Assembly: GCA_047495785.1 (NCBI GenBank)
Contig: JBLDXI010000033.1
Location: forward strand, 1,612,001 to 1,676,000
Direction of reading: 5' to 3'
Source: Lepidodermella squamata
Taxonomy: Eukaryota > Animalia > Gastrotricha
Length of the DNA stretch: 64,000 bases
Position numbers and translations under genes: made by a program. Of the stretch, positions 1 through 12,867 are shown piece by piece. Every line of letters starts with the position of its first letter. The stretch's first letter is position 1. The notes below the pieces were generated by a model. That model ran no database searches, was not told the DNA's origin, and saw only the letters and a list, made by a program, of their open reading frames with translations.

Positions 1-3000
1 CACAGGCGTATTTAGCGCCAGGTAACATCTCTTCTGGCCTACAGCCTAATTAACAAAAAATATATTAAATTAAGGTGGCTTTTCTAATTCTTACACATTG
101 GTGGGTGACTCCATTGCCCGTTCTGCTGGCAGGTAGTCACCGATTTTCCGATGAGAAGTGCACCCTCCAGGCAGAAATAGCGGGTTGTAAAGCCGACTTT
201 GTTTGACCGAGTGTCGTAGACAGCGTTCGGAAGCTGGAGAATATCGCCACAGTCCACGGCAACGCTGCAAGTAGCCATTTCATTACTGCCCCATGTCCCA
301 TCTTCAGTACATTCAATGCTGAATTCGCGGGTGTAAGATGGGGTTACGAAACTTGGCAAACACTTGACATCGATTCGAGAGGCTGGAACGCCTCGCATGC
401 CATTTTGAACCGTATTTGCCAAATTTAAAGGCGGGCAAGTAATTCCTGGAAATAATTAAAAATAATTAAATTAATTTCCAATATTTCAGCCAACTTACTT
501 TGACCGCAATGCACTACGTCAACGTGCATGCATGGGTGACCGTGAAAATCGATGACGTAGATTCGAATGTAACGCGATATGAATGACCACCCTCCCAGGT
601 CCCACCACACCACTTGGCTAGCATCTGTGTTGGCATCAAAATGCTTGATCCCACCGGTAGCCGGGTCGAAAATTGTCCGCCAGATGCGGCCGTCATGGCT
701 CTTTTGAATCGCGAACAGAGTGACGAATTTTTCGATTTGACGATGGCCCTGGATGATCAGGCCTTTGACCAGGTAATGCCCGCCTAGGTCGACCTCGACG
801 AACGGCATGTCACCGTCACACTCGGCTGCACACCAAATGCGCCCAGCCCCAGCACCAAGTCGGGCCTTATCAGGGGTGTAACGTTCGAGTAGAGAAGTTT
901 GAGAGTGGCAGTAGTCGCCGTCCACTGTTGGTGAGTCGTAGAGATAATGCGAGGAAGGGGATGGCTTGCGGCATGAGGGTGCGTCGAATCGATGGGCGCT
1001 AAGGTGGCTAGAGGCCGCATATGAATGCGAACTCGACTCGGTCGTCTCAGAACAAGTCAGCTCAGCGGGCACTGAAAATATTTTTTAATTTTAATTTTAA
1101 TTTTAATTTTAATTTTAATTTTAATTTTAATTTTAATTTTAATTTTAATTTTAATTTTAATTTTAATTTTAATTTTAATTTTAATTTTAATTTTAATTTT
1201 AATTTTAATTTTAATTTTAATTTTAATTTTAATTTTAATTTTCAATACTCACTCATGCAAGCCCAAAACACGTGTAGGTACAGCACTTCATGAGGACAAC
1301 GGCTGTATCGATTCGAGCACAACGAGGCAAGCAGCTGTTTTGAGGCCGTAACATTGCAGTAAGGCTTAGCATCGCACATTTGACTGAGTGTCGCTAAAAC
1401 ACTTTCGTAAGGGCATCGCATTTCGACGCCGTATTCATCAATCGGGTTCGAACAGTTGCACGCGAATTCGCCGACCATGCCGACGCGGCCGTAATGAGCC
1501 GATACGACCTTGATTTGCTGGCCGTAATGACAGTTCAGCATGTCAAATTGGCCTGAACATATTTTAGCTTCGTAAATGTGCTTTTTCACAGGCGTCATTG
1601 GCGCAGTTCCACAGCAGTCTTCGTCAACTTGACCATCGCCATCGTCATCTACTCCATCGCTAAAAAAATTCGAAAAAAATTCGGAAAATTGATTGAAAAA
1701 TTAAAAAGAAAATACCATAACTCTTCCTCAGCTCTACTATCGCAATCGTTGTCGATAGTATCTAATAAAATTGAGGTAATTCACTCTTCAACAAAATTAA
1801 GAGAGAATACCACACGATCTGAGCTGGGGACAGGCTGAACAGAATGTTGGCTCACTCTTTTGAAAAATGAAATATTTAATACAATTTATTCGATTTAATT
1901 TTTCCTACCGGGTTCAGATCCATACCAGCGGGGTAAGCGTAAGATTCGCGATCAGCGTAGCCGTAAACTATCGCCATGAAAGGAACTTTAGTCGAATGAA
2001 TAATGCGATGGCGCCCGGGTTGGATGTGAATGTAACCGCAACTGTATCCGTCATTGCCTTGGACCTGGGACCATCCATCCCCAGGTATCAACAGACCATC
2101 GACTACAAAATCGTTGCCAACCCCAAGAGAGTCGGTTGGTAGCGCCATCATCACTGAATGAACGTAGTTTTCATTCGGGGTAAGGCCGGCATAGGATGTT
2201 GTTGAAAAAATGTACTGATGCTTAAATTGCTGAAAATTTTCCAAAGATTTTAATAAAATTTTGAAAAATCTGATTTTTTTTTACATTAACTGCAGGAACA
2301 ATGGTCATGCATGGGTCGCCTTTGCCCTCTCGATCAGTTAGTCGTTGCTGGCTTAGAGAAAATTGAGCAACCAGGATCGGCTTGTCAGCGGTTATGTAAC
2401 CGCATCTAGGAAATTTTGCTTAATTATCAAACATTTTCAGAAAATTTCGAGTCTCACGTTGTCGAGGGTATTCGAAGTAGAATCCATTGTCCGGCCTGAG
2501 AAATATTGTATGTTTCCGGGTCAAGGCCACGAACTTTAATGTGAGTTTTGTCTTCCGACGCGACAATTTTGAAATAGTCGCCACTTGTCCTGCCCGGGAA
2601 AGGAACGGTGATGAATTCCGTCCCCCACGACTGAACCGGCGGCATTTCATCGACGACATGATCTCGCGAAACAAGGCCCGGCTCGATATTAGTCCGAATA
2701 TTGCCCGCATAAACTGCGAGTTTGTGATTTCCCGTGATCAGCGTCCCGCTTAGGTCATGCTTCGCCGGGCTCTGGATTTGCATGGCTTCGTATTGGAGCA
2801 GGTGAACGGTGAATGACTGGCCGTTGGTGTAGGTCTGGAAGTCCCATGTGATCATCAGTGGCAGCTCATCGGGCATTCGTTCTGGTAACTGGAATGTAAC
2901 ATCGGTATCTGCCTCGGCGGCTACAACAGCCAATTGATTGTAATTTACGCCTCCGCCCCATACTACAACACGATATTCTCGGCCGAGGCTCGAAGTCGGA

Positions 3001-3930
3001 AAAGCCAAAAATCTAATAAACAGAAATAGTGAACAAATGAAATTCGTTTTTATTTAATTATTTTCAATTAAAAGTTTCGAACAATATGAAAAATTGAAAA
3101 ATCAGGAGAAAATTAAAAAAATTTTAAACATTATTTTACGTATTTTATAATATAAATATTTTTCATATTTTTTATAAAATTTTACTCTGTTTGAACTTAC
3201 GCATCGTTAGTATATGTTTCTTTGTTGTAGCCGAAAACGCTGACTGGTTTATCAGCTCGAACAACGACCGATTTCATCTCCTTTCCAGTGCCAGTGATTC
3301 GAAAATCGGGAGGTAAGGTGAATAGGCGCACTTCGCCCGGGGCGAGGCGGAAGACTCGCGGCTCGTATTTACTGAAACGAGGCGTGGATAGCACCACTGT
3401 GGTCGTATCCACCTCATGAGTCGCCGCAACGTAGACTTCAAGCGGCAAAAATTGGGGCTTATCCGAGAAATTCTCCTGGAAAATCACGACGAATTCGACG
3501 CCTTCAGTCTGAGATGGAGCTAGATTTAAAACAATTCTTTTACAAGAAATATGTGTGATATTTTTACTAAATTACCGCAATGAGACATATTATTAATTGA
3601 AGCCTCTGATATTTTTTTGAAAAAATTAACAAACGGATTAGTTAAGCTGGGCGTTGTGCAGTCGGTTTGTTTCAAATAACAGCCATTTGTTGCGAAATTG
3701 TAGGTGAAACCAAGACACGCCGAGTTGAATCGGCAGCCATCAGCGCAGGAATAAATGTCAGTTTGTGATGAATTCAAGTAATTTCCCGGGCAATTGCCCT
3801 CGATTTTTACGAAATCCGTGAGTGTTACAGTGGCTTTTGCCGCCATTGGTGGAAGTTGGTTGACGCGAATTTGAGCATTGCATTCAATGGCGAAAATTAG
3901 TAAAATTATTATTTTTAACATTGTGTCCAT
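1..3930 (-). CDS. Secreted multidomain protein, multi-exon, 3' end runs off the left edge: signal peptide, PAN/apple, IgGFc-binding (FCGBP N-terminal) domain, SUEL/Gal-lectin, F5/8 type C discoidin, sushi/CCP repeats
   Basis: Co-linear minus-strand ORFs: 3526-3930 (MDTMLKIIILLIFAIECNA signal; C..C...C.GFTY...CYLK PAN), 3197-3487/2454-3008/1876-2244 (FPTSSLGREY, DHVVDEMPPVQSWGTEF, YGYADRESYAYPAG = FCGBP_N), 1242-1598 (LNC..GQQIKVVSAHYGR...CDAKPYC = SUEL), 425-1072 (VDLG...VKGLIIQG...SRYIRIY = discoidin), 84-422 (sushi C..G.W). Short GT-AG introns between them. Confidence 0.85.
1081..1242. repeat. Perfect hexanucleotide microsatellite (TTTTAA)n, about 27 copies, filling most of an intron (1073-1252)
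   Basis: Seen directly. Flanked on the minus strand by donor A|GTGAGT near 1252 and acceptor TTTTCAG at 1073. Confidence 0.97.
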
Positions 3931-5425
3931 GAGCTAAAAATAGGCGGCTAAATTTTCAAGTTTGAGAGGAATGTACGATATAAAATATGGATGAAACAGG
4001 GTCTGCGGTCATCGTTTTCGATTAAATCGTGGCCAGGTACGTGTATTGTTTGTTTATTGTTATTCTTACTCGTCTCCTTGTGCTGTGTGTGACCCTTGTT
4101 CAACTGCGGCCTGGCCTTCCGCTGCTGGTAAAAATCGATTGTCAACGCGCGCGTGGCTTTGTTTTCGCAGCGACAACTCGCCGACGCCTCGAGGACCGCG
4201 CACCGCCTCACGAGCCACGTGACTCACACCCCGTGTTGCACATGCGCGCGGTGTGCGCGATTTGTTGCGCTTTTCATAATATCTCATTTGAGATGTGTGC
4301 CGAGGCACGCCTTATGTTAGCAGCTATGATGTTATTTCTGTATCAAAGTGAAATGGAAAAAATGTGTCACGGAGGCGAAGGATCGCGACGGGTGACGCCC
4401 ATCATCCGGCGAGAAGTTGAAAGTTTACACCGTGGCGTGATATTAGGCCGCCACGATGCATTTCGAGCATTGCCCATAGACAGCCTTCTTGGCACGGAAG
4501 CGAGAGTGAGATTATTTTATCAGACGATTGGATCAAATTTCGGTTTTTATAACAAAATTGTCCCTGTGCGGCAATACGTAGCTGCGATCAAAAATACCAG
4601 GGCTGATCATTTCAGACGACTTAATTTTCATCTAGTCGAAGTGAAATATTAGGGCTTATGTGCCTGAAACCAATCAGTGAATCTATAATCGCTGATAATA
4701 GATAATAGGTTGTGTCGTATCAAGCAAAAACCATCGGGATCGGGTGCTAATCGCCTTCAGATATTTTGCAATTTTCTAACTGATTGCAGCGATACACTGA
4801 TCAGTTGATCTAATGATGTCTGTGAGCTAACTTCACAGTCGGCATTCACATGGCCACGGGCATTTTTACCTCCCCATCCGGTACTCTGAAATAGCAAGTG
4901 TCATAGCAAGCCATGACACACTCGAATGGAACCGTGTACAGTGGCTTGATGTAAGTGCGATGAATCCGATTCGCTGAGTGGAGAAATCTAAGGAGTAGGA
5001 AGTGCAAGTTTTATTTTAAAATATTCCTCTAAACGAGTTGATAATGCTTTCGCGCAAAAAACTTGCATTTTAACCTTGTTGTTCACGCCGGATTTCACAT
5101 TTTCCCTTGGAAAAATGAAGCACTGTGAGTTCAGGTGGGTAAAAAATTCTCGGAGCTTTCCCTTTATTTATTATTGAACTAGAGGACAACAGTGCGTCAT
5201 CGCACTCTTTTCAGTGAATTTAACATCCGCTTCACCTAAACCACACCAGAAATGTTCACGCCTCTTGTAATCTCCTCGTGATGCTCCTTCCGCATTTGGG
5301 CGGTTGAAATAGTTATAATAAATAATTTTCCTTTCGCTGTTTCGCTACGATAAGACTGTTACGATGACTATCCGCTTAACATTTGTAAATCATGTAGCAT
5401 ATAGTTAAAATACCGTTATTTTAAG

Positions 5426-7810
5426 ATGCATATTCTTCAAATGACAGCGCTGTCCATCCTCATTGGCTTATTCTGCATGGTATCACTGTCTGAAAGTAGA
5501 AAGCCGGAAACCATGTCCATTCTAGTGCTTATCCCAATAACCGGAAATGAGCCTCAGAATGGCGATGGGTGTCGTTACGGAGCCCAAGTCGCATTTGACA
5601 GCATTAATTCTAACCCTGGAATTCTGCCGAACTATCATCTGGAACCCGTGTACACCGACGAAGGGCCGGGCGCGTTTTTCTCACCTCGACAGACTGTGCA
5701 GTTTCAACGAAGATTCGAAGCAAATACGAGTAGCCATCAATCTCCGCTACTTATCGGACCACTTTTCTCCACCGGAGGCGTTTCTTTGGCTGGGATGGTT
5801 CATCAGCTGAACATGGTCCAACTAGCGATTGGAGTTAACACACCACAGATCACAGGGAATCGCAGACTTTACCCCAACATCTACCGTTCTCGAATCACGG
5901 GAGAATTAGTTGCTTATGCCCAAATGCGCTTCATAAGAGACACTGCAAAGTGGAGTAGATTCGGCATTCTGACATCTGTCGTCAACACAGCTTTCGATAC
6001 TGCAGTCGCAGTTTTCCTATACAAAGCAGCAAATGCTAACAATTTCGACGTAGCCTACTTTGAGGCTGTAATCGACATCACTGACGAGACAATGCAGGCG
6101 ATAAAAGCTTCAGACGTCAGAATATTACTGCTTGAAACAGGAACATCACCCCTGATCACCAAGCTGCTTTGCTTAGCTTACAAGTACGGTCTAACCGGGC
6201 CCAGATACATTTTCGTGCTGCTCGCTGCTGCTTATTTCGAACCGATTAGCTTACCTAATATCATACCAGTTACACCTGGCTGCACGAAAAGCATCGTAAT
6301 TCAGCAACTCGGTCAATCAATATGGTTTGGATGGTCTTTTGGCCCGGCGCCAGTTTTCAATTACCCGATCGTTAGTACTTCGAATGGTCTCGACGTTAGC
6401 GCCTTCGAAAATTTGTATGCGAATGCTACGAAGGGGATCCCGCCAAGTGACTACAGTCGTAGATATTTATGCCACGATACAGGACTTCATGCTGCTCTAG
6501 TTCTTGATGCCACGGAGAAGAAACTCGCGGAGAGGAACATGTCTCTTCGGGATTACGCGTATTCTCCTCGCGAGGTAATGTTGGTTTTGAATGAGACCAT
6601 CCTCGCCGTGTCTTACGTTGGATTTCGAATCGGCAAGTTTCAGTACTCTGCAAGGGGTGAAATGGACTCAGAACCACAGGTAGCGTTTCAATGGCAACAG
6701 CCCAATGATATCAGAGTTTTAAACGAAGTCTCGCTGAAAATTGGATCATCACTCTACAACTTCTCGAGTTACCAGTCGCGAGTAATTCTTTCTCCGAGTT
6801 GGATAACGAAAGATGGAATACCTCCTCAGGATGAACCTAAGCTTATACTAGAATCAAAAATAATCCCCAAAGAGTTCTCCTGGTCTGTCGTTGCCGTTTC
6901 AAGTTTCCTTGCAGTCGTGCAGGGCTGGTCACTGGTCAAAAGATTCAAAAATGACGAATTATTCGAGAGCATTCTAAAGGGAGTCTTGCTGTTAGGCTGC
7001 TGCTTCGTAAATGCTTCATCCTGCTTGTTTGCATTCTCTTACCCTCGAGGCTCCATTCTCCCATGCATCTTTCAGCGTTTAGCCCCGGTTTGTGGAATAG
7101 CATGCATTGTAACCTACCTGTTTATTAGAATCAAAACGAAGCGTAGAGAAATGAAGCGAGAGAGGGCTAGCATGACTGCAACCGCACTCACTGTAGGAAG
7201 CGCCATCTCCCCGCGCCGTCTTTCTCGAGTATCAATGGGCAATAGCAGGGGGTCGATTTCTCAACGTGATAGCAGTTCACTTATGGTTCCAAGCTCAACG
7301 ACTAAAACACTGTCGAACAATACAGGGGACATTTCAGCCAATGTTTCGGTTGATAACCTGAGCATTGAACCGATTTCACATGCCAACTCCGCAAAGATTG
7401 CTGGTTCGATCCTCTGCGGAACTGTCATTTTGTTAGCTCTGTGGAACTCAAACGACATTCCTGCATTTGAGAGCGCGGTGGTTTCTGACCAGTACGATGA
7501 ACTAATCGATACGAGAGTTATCACGGAAGAAGGAAGATGCGTCTCTTACCACGAAATTGCTTGGATTATGGGTATTTTGATGGCTTATGTCGTAATTCTG
7601 ACTTGGAGTGTTTTCTCAGCAATCGCTGTTAGAAGACGTATGGAACCTCTAGAGTCCGGATTTCTCTTCAATACGCTGGTAATGTTGATCGCGGCTGTCA
7701 TGATTTGCTCTATTCTTAACTCACCGGTGGGGAAATCTATCACTTTAACTTGCGTTTCGATGGTTATTTCTATCGGGGCTACGGTTGCAATAGTTAAGCG
7801 ACCTAACTAA
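5426..7810 (+). CDS. Intronless class C GPCR-like receptor (GABA-B-like: Venus-flytrap/ANF-receptor ectodomain + 7TM, no Cys-rich domain, almost no C-tail)
   Basis: 794-aa ORF with signal peptide, IN..PGILPNYHL motif, YPNIYRS, AYKYGLTGPRYIF, seven hydrophobic segments and an ECL2 Cys (EEGRCVS). Confidence 0.85.
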   Translation: MHILQMTALSILIGLFCMVSLSESRKPETMSILVLIPITGNEPQNGDGCRYGAQVAFDSINSNPGILPNYHLEPVYTDEGPGAFFSPRQTVQFQRRFEANTSSHQSPLLIGPLFSTGGVSLAGMVHQLNMVQLAIGVNTPQITGNRRLYPNIYRSRITGELVAYAQMRFIRDTAKWSRFGILTSVVNTAFDTAVAVFLYKAANANNFDVAYFEAVIDITDETMQAIKASDVRILLLETGTSPLITKLLCLAYKYGLTGPRYIFVLLAAAYFEPISLPNIIPVTPGCTKSIVIQQLGQSIWFGWSFGPAPVFNYPIVSTSNGLDVSAFENLYANATKGIPPSDYSRRYLCHDTGLHAALVLDATEKKLAERNMSLRDYAYSPREVMLVLNETILAVSYVGFRIGKFQYSARGEMDSEPQVAFQWQQPNDIRVLNEVSLKIGSSLYNFSSYQSRVILSPSWITKDGIPPQDEPKLILESKIIPKEFSWSVVAVSSFLAVVQGWSLVKRFKNDELFESILKGVLLLGCCFVNASSCLFAFSYPRGSILPCIFQRLAPVCGIACIVTYLFIRIKTKRREMKRERASMTATALTVGSAISPRRLSRVSMGNSRGSISQRDSSSLMVPSSTTKTLSNNTGDISANVSVDNLSIEPISHANSAKIAGSILCGTVILLALWNSNDIPAFESAVVSDQYDELIDTRVITEEGRCVSYHEIAWIMGILMAYVVILTWSVFSAIAVRRRMEPLESGFLFNTLVMLIAAVMICSILNSPVGKSITLTCVSMVISIGATVAIVKRPN

Positions 7811-8292
7811 GAAGACTTTGTACCTCGCACATGATCACTCTTTGTTCCCAAGGTCAATTTCTTGCAATAATTTTGCCACGTATCTTGTTTTTCCGCGATT
7901 TCGCTTATGCGGCGACACGTCAGCTGCCAAGAGTAGCTCTTTTTCGATCACTATCACTTCAGTTGTTTAACCTCTTTGTGCGTAAATAGTTTCTCTTGTT
8001 TTCAATAAACGATCTTGTATGTAAACTCATCAAATTTTGAGACGAGCAGAAGATCATGGCTCTTGTAATTAGTCTCTTCAATTAATTCCCAGGGTTAAAA
8101 GCCACAAGTTATGCGATCTTGGCGATTCTCGCGTGGTTCAATTACGAAAACCATGGACCTGATTCAGACAGAGCAACCTGCCGTCGAACGTGACTAAAAT
8201 TAGCCATTCTTTCCCAGCCGTTTCGAATAATTTTCCCGGCGAAGATGGGCAGAGATAGACGGATTTGAATTTTCGCATCAAAAAGATCAATC

Positions 8293-8609
8293 ATGAAAAA
8301 GCAAATTTACAGTTCACTAGCGGCTCTCTTACTGCTGAATTTCTACCAGGGTTAGACGAGGGACTTTTTTCTACCAGATCGCTTTTTACTTTATTATCAT
8401 TTTCAGGGGCCCTTTCGTGTCCGAAAGCACCCGCATCACCAAACGTTAAAGTAATCGTTCACAAATCGACCCACCACCACACCCGGCTGGAAACTTCGGC
8501 CGAAAGAGAGGCTGCTGATCCTGAGACCGGCTCGTCATCAAGTGCCAACAATCCACCTGCAGCCGAGGGAGCTCCGAAGGGCAGATATCTGCGAGACTAC
8601 TATGGATAG
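8293..8609 (+). CDS. Small secreted Cys-start peptide P1 (2 exons: 8293-8350, 8407-8609)
   Basis: MKKQIYSSLAALLLLNFYQG|ALS-CPKAPASPNVKVIVH...NNPPAAEGAPKGRYLRDYYG*; 56-nt phase-1 GT-AG intron. Confidence 0.75.
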
Positions 8610-8779
8610 AAATGATAAAGTTTCCGTTTTCAAGTAAAATTGAGCAAGTTATGTGAGTATATGGGTGTAGTTGCACAAAGTTACATGAGATTCGTCCAAC
8701 TTCACGTTCGGGTCGTGAATATTTTCCCAAATATTGCGTAATTAACACTCAATTAGCATCCTTTTATTTGATTTAGACC

Positions 8780-9257
8780 ATGAAAATCGGCATGCTCTTA
8801 TTCTATCTTATCAACTTGTTTGTCATCGTCTACTTCATGAAAGGTATATTGATTCGATTCCACACAACCTCAGACACAACTGATTGTTTTAGGCCACGCG
8901 AATGCTTGCACAGGTTCGCCGCCTCAAGATGTATTACTTCAGATAAACACGGTCGGATTTGTAAGTAATTTTACATGATTTTACATTTGTTTCGCTTGGT
9001 AGGAGAAAGAGACTGCTGAAATTAAGTCGAGACGTTTCTCCGGCAGTGATTCGGCCGCCCGTCCGTCAAATCCTGATGCTTTCAGAGCGTCGCATAGTGG
9101 TAAGGATGATATTATCTAAACTCTAAACTTTCGATCTGCTCAACATACTTGCGCGAATCTTCTTCCAGGTTACCAACTTGCAGCAGCTGACCCTTGGTAC
9201 AGGAAGCCGCGAAGTTTCAAAATATTTGATCCAAGACAGTACGCATCTGATGACTAA
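8780..9257 (+). CDS. Small secreted Cys-start peptide P2 (4 exons)
   Basis: MKIGMLLFYLINLFVIVYFMKG|HANA-CTGSPPQDVLLQINTVGF|EKETAEIKSRRFSG...SHSG|YQLAAADPWYRKPRSFKIFDPRQYASDD*; introns 8844-8892, 8961-9002, 9100-9168, all GT-AG and frame-compatible. Confidence 0.7.
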
Positions 9258-9572
9258 TGACTAAAGTTACTGGGAATCTTACAATCAAAATAAAATGAAT
9301 GATCCGAAGTGCTATATTTTGTCTAAACATACCCATAGGTGTTAAATTTGTTGGCAATAAAGTGGAAGAATTGCTTGAAAAACTCTGAAACCTTAATATG
9401 CTTCCGGAAACATCAAATAAGACGTGAAAATACAATCTTGAAACAGTTTTGGGCTTCGATTTAAAGAGTTTTATTCTATCCTGAAGGCATATTAGGAAAT
9501 TCGAAGGTATCTCATTAAGTGAATTAATGATTTCCCTCGGATAGCAGAAAGTTGTTCGAACGATCATCGGCA

Positions 9573-9876
9573 TCAATGCGTTTGCTGTTGACTCGCCGAG
9601 TTGGGGCTAATATTCGAATAGTCGATGCTTCCGTTGCCAAGTAAATCCGTCGGAACAGCTGATTTCGGGGGGTCAGTAACCGGCGCTTGATTCTTGTAAC
9701 CGGCGGTCGTCATCATCGGCGGTATTGGACGCGGTCGTGATCCAGGTGGACATGTATAGGATTCTGTTCAAATTATCGTTTACTATAGTTTAAGGCGACT
9801 AAGTTTTCATTTTTTTACCTTTAAGGGCTACGAATACGAGGAAGCAAATAATGGACGCAGTAATCGTAGGTTTCAT
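9573..9876 (-). CDS. Small secreted Cys-start peptide P3 (2 exons)
   Basis: MKPTITASIICFLVFVALK|ESYT-CPPGSRPRPIPPMMTTAG...GSIDYSNISPNSASQQQTH*; phase-1 intron G|GTAAAA...AACAG. Not in the ORF track. Confidence 0.75.
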
Positions 9877-10442
9877 CTTTCTGCAGATATTAGATTATAG
9901 CAGACTTTTATCAAAGGCGTTTGAAAATACTGATTTATTCCCAGCGAGACCTGGCTATAATTAACGATTCAAGACACAAACCAACTTGCGGCCTTTTCCA
10001 AATATGTGTTGTGAACTATATACAACTCAACTCCGGGCTCATATTAGTTCCGTGTTGGTATAAGTGTATAAGTGGACAAAATTTGACAAAATATGCAAAT
10101 AAATGTTTGGTGTTACTGAAGGTCTTATGAACTCAATCCTGAAGAATTTTACTAGCTTAATGGGTATTGATGCCAATATTATCTATTTCGTTTTTAAAAT
10201 CCTGTCAATTGCTGTGATTCAAATGTCACAGCACTCGTATTTTCAAGCCGACTTGATGAAATTATTTTGTTGTTAAAATAGTATCCTGGATATTTGCTCG
10301 CTACATTTTATTTGTGCACCTGATTTTACAAGCTGGAAAAATTGACTACTTCATTATCAAGATTACAGCGAAAAATCATTAAATAATGGACCAGGCACCT
10401 AGAATTTCTCAGATCTCTGCGTTATCGCAGTGGCAGAAGGTC

Positions 10443-10724
10443 TTAATATTGGTTCGAATAGTCTGAGCGACCGCGGCCTCGTCTCACCGGCGGTTCGTCA
10501 TCGTATACAGGATCGTAAGGTGAAAGTCGCCTGCCTTTGGCTCCTCCTGATGCTCCTGCGGCCGGGTTGTTGATCGCGTTGATGAAGGGAGAAGGTGGCG
10601 GGCAAGCTTCGGCATCTGTGAAAAAAATAAACTATTTCATTGGATTCATCATGTTAAGACAGATACCTTTGCTGAGGGAGAGCAAAGCAAAAAGAGCGAC
10701 CAAGCACAAGCTGATAATTTTCAT
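10443..10724 (-). CDS. Small secreted Cys-start peptide P4 (2 exons: 10724-10667, 10615-10443)
   Basis: MKIISLCLVALFALLSLSK|DAEA-CPPPSPFINAINNPAAGASGGAKGRRLSPYDPVYDDEPPVRRGRGRSDYSNQY*; phase-1 intron. Confidence 0.8.
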
Positions 10725-11640
10725 TTTTGCTAGCTACCAAAGAAAGTGATTATTACAGGATGAATGATATTTTCGTGGATAAAAATGAGTATGAGCGCGG
10801 AGGGAATACATGATCAGACTATTCTTTCCACTTCTATTCGAAGTTCAGGGGATAACAGTCTAGACTGCTGGAGAAACCCGAGATTCATTGGGATGCAGTA
10901 AATAGGACTTTGTGGTGGCCTGGAAGTGGGAGAAAAATTATCACAAATAAATAAAAAATTGATGAAACAAGCTCAATCTTTTAACCGTTTAACCAAAAAT
11001 TGTTACATTCGGCGAACCTACTTTGAGTAGCCGCGATGATGGAAACTGTCTAGCGGTCTATCATTATGCTCTTTCTGAAGACGCTTGTCTAGAACTTCCA
11101 AGCCCCGCATACATTATAACACTTCTGGCTCCAGTGTAAAAGAAAAGAGGGGGACACTTATTATACCCCGCAAGCTTTTTATTTAGCTTGCGCACCTTTT
11201 AGTTGAAAGGGATTAGCAACAAGCCTTTCGCTGATTGGCGAATGATGACAAGAGTTCTTGAATATGATAGCAATTTCCGGTTGAATTTAACAGCTTTCAG
11301 CACTCAGTTGCCTTCGTATGCGTCGGCACTGCCATGGTATCAGATCTCCTGCTTAGGAGCTGATTTGGATCTACAGGATCCACATAAAGGTGCCCCGATA
11401 TTTCTGAATGGAGATAAGACGGGAGTGGCACCGCCGTGCGCATGAGAACAAATTCAGGAAACATCCTGTTGGTCAGAATCAGCTTGGACGGACCTCTCAA
11501 CTCTCAAAAGCGCTCATCCTGCGTTTGCATAAAGAACAAAGATAAACAGACCATGAAAACAGTTTTAACGCATTATGAGATTTTATTAGCGTTGATTGTA
11601 TGCGGCTATATCGTGACATCGGTTATCAATTGATAGACTG

Positions 11641-11907
11641 TCAGTAGTTATTGCTGAATCCAGCGTAGCCACCGTTGTCGTCGTCCTGACGATAACCGCC
11701 GAATGCGCGACCTGCTTTCTTCGGCGGAGCCACTCCCGGACCCTTTCCGGAATTCCTAACGAGGTTCACGCCAGGAGGTGGACAAGCCAATGTTCCTGAA
11801 ATGGAAATAATCGATGCATTTTATCAACAAACTTTTATTGTTTCTCTACCTTGAATAATAACAAGTAGGGCAAAAATGGCCGAGAAAATTGCTGCAGCTA
11901 GATTCAT
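11641..11907 (-). CDS. Small secreted Cys-start peptide P5 (2 exons)
   Basis: MNLAAAIFSAIFALLVIIQG|TLA-CPPPGVNLVRNSGKGPGVAPPKKAGRAFGGYRQDDDNGGYAGFSNNY*; phase-1 intron. Confidence 0.82.
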
Positions 11908-12629
11908 CGTGAAATGTTTGAATATCGGACCGTGAATTGTAAAATATCCAAAAAAATACGAATAATTTGACCTTTTACGTAGAGGTAATAGGATTCTTTT
12001 CACGCAGCACCACATATTAGTCTAGCCTATTGCGATATTTCAATTAGTACATTATGCAGAAGACGTTTTGCAATATATACCCTATCTAGCAATCTCTTAG
12101 AGTCTATTTCCGAAGTAGCGGAGATGAAATGATACAAGCTAGGGTAATGGCGAAGTTAACTGTCTTGGTGTGATCTTATAACCTAAATTATGAATCATCA
12201 CTTGGCAAAAAATGCAGTGATGATTCATAATTATTTGCAACAGCAGCAGCGTAGCTGCTACAGTAGCGCTACAGTAGTACGGCATTACCTCTGGTTCACA
12301 CAAAGTGATATCCGGCACGGCTCTGTGCCGGAACCAATGCTAATTGATAACGCTTCGAATTTTATGTCAAATCAAAGACATCCGTTCCATGTAGTCCATA
12401 TCCTCAATATCCAATCCTAATAGATTTTAGGTGATTCCGTGTCGATAAACTTCAGACTTCGGGTTCCGCAATCCTACTGCTGAGCAAATATTCTTTCTAA
12501 ATGCTACTTCAAGTTATTCTGCATTCAGCTTCGAAGAGAGAGCTTCTCGAATGAAGCCCGCCCTCAAATTATTCGAGAGAAACTGGCATTACTCTTAGCT
12601 TTATTGCTCCACTGTTTTTAACCGCAATT

Positions 12630-12867
12630 TTAGTACATTGGCGGCTCAGCATCGTAGCCAGGGCGCTGCTGGTCGTATGGGTAAGCCTGCTTTGCGTTGT
12701 AGGCTCTACCTCCATTATTGATCATGTTCAGATTGGGATCGGGCGGGCAAGCAATAGCTAAACAATATAACAAAATACTGAAAGCATTCATGATTGGGAT
12801 GAACGGTCTTCTCACCATAGCATAGTACCAGCAGAGTAAACAACACGACCAAGTAAAATTGCTGCAT
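12630..12867 (-). CDS. Small secreted Cys-start peptide P6 (2 exons)
   Basis: MQQFYLVVLFTLLVLCY|AIA-CPPDPNLNMINNGGRAYNAKQAYPYDQQRPGYDAEPPMY*; phase-1 G|GTGAGA...TTTAG intron. Confidence 0.82.

Noticed and set aside
1021-1293. (NF)n and (KI)n ORFs
   Set aside because: Translations of the intronic TTTTAA microsatellite.
4029-4652. 207-aa plus-strand ORF
   Set aside because: GTG start, no motifs; lies in the probable promoter/5'-UTR region between divergent genes.
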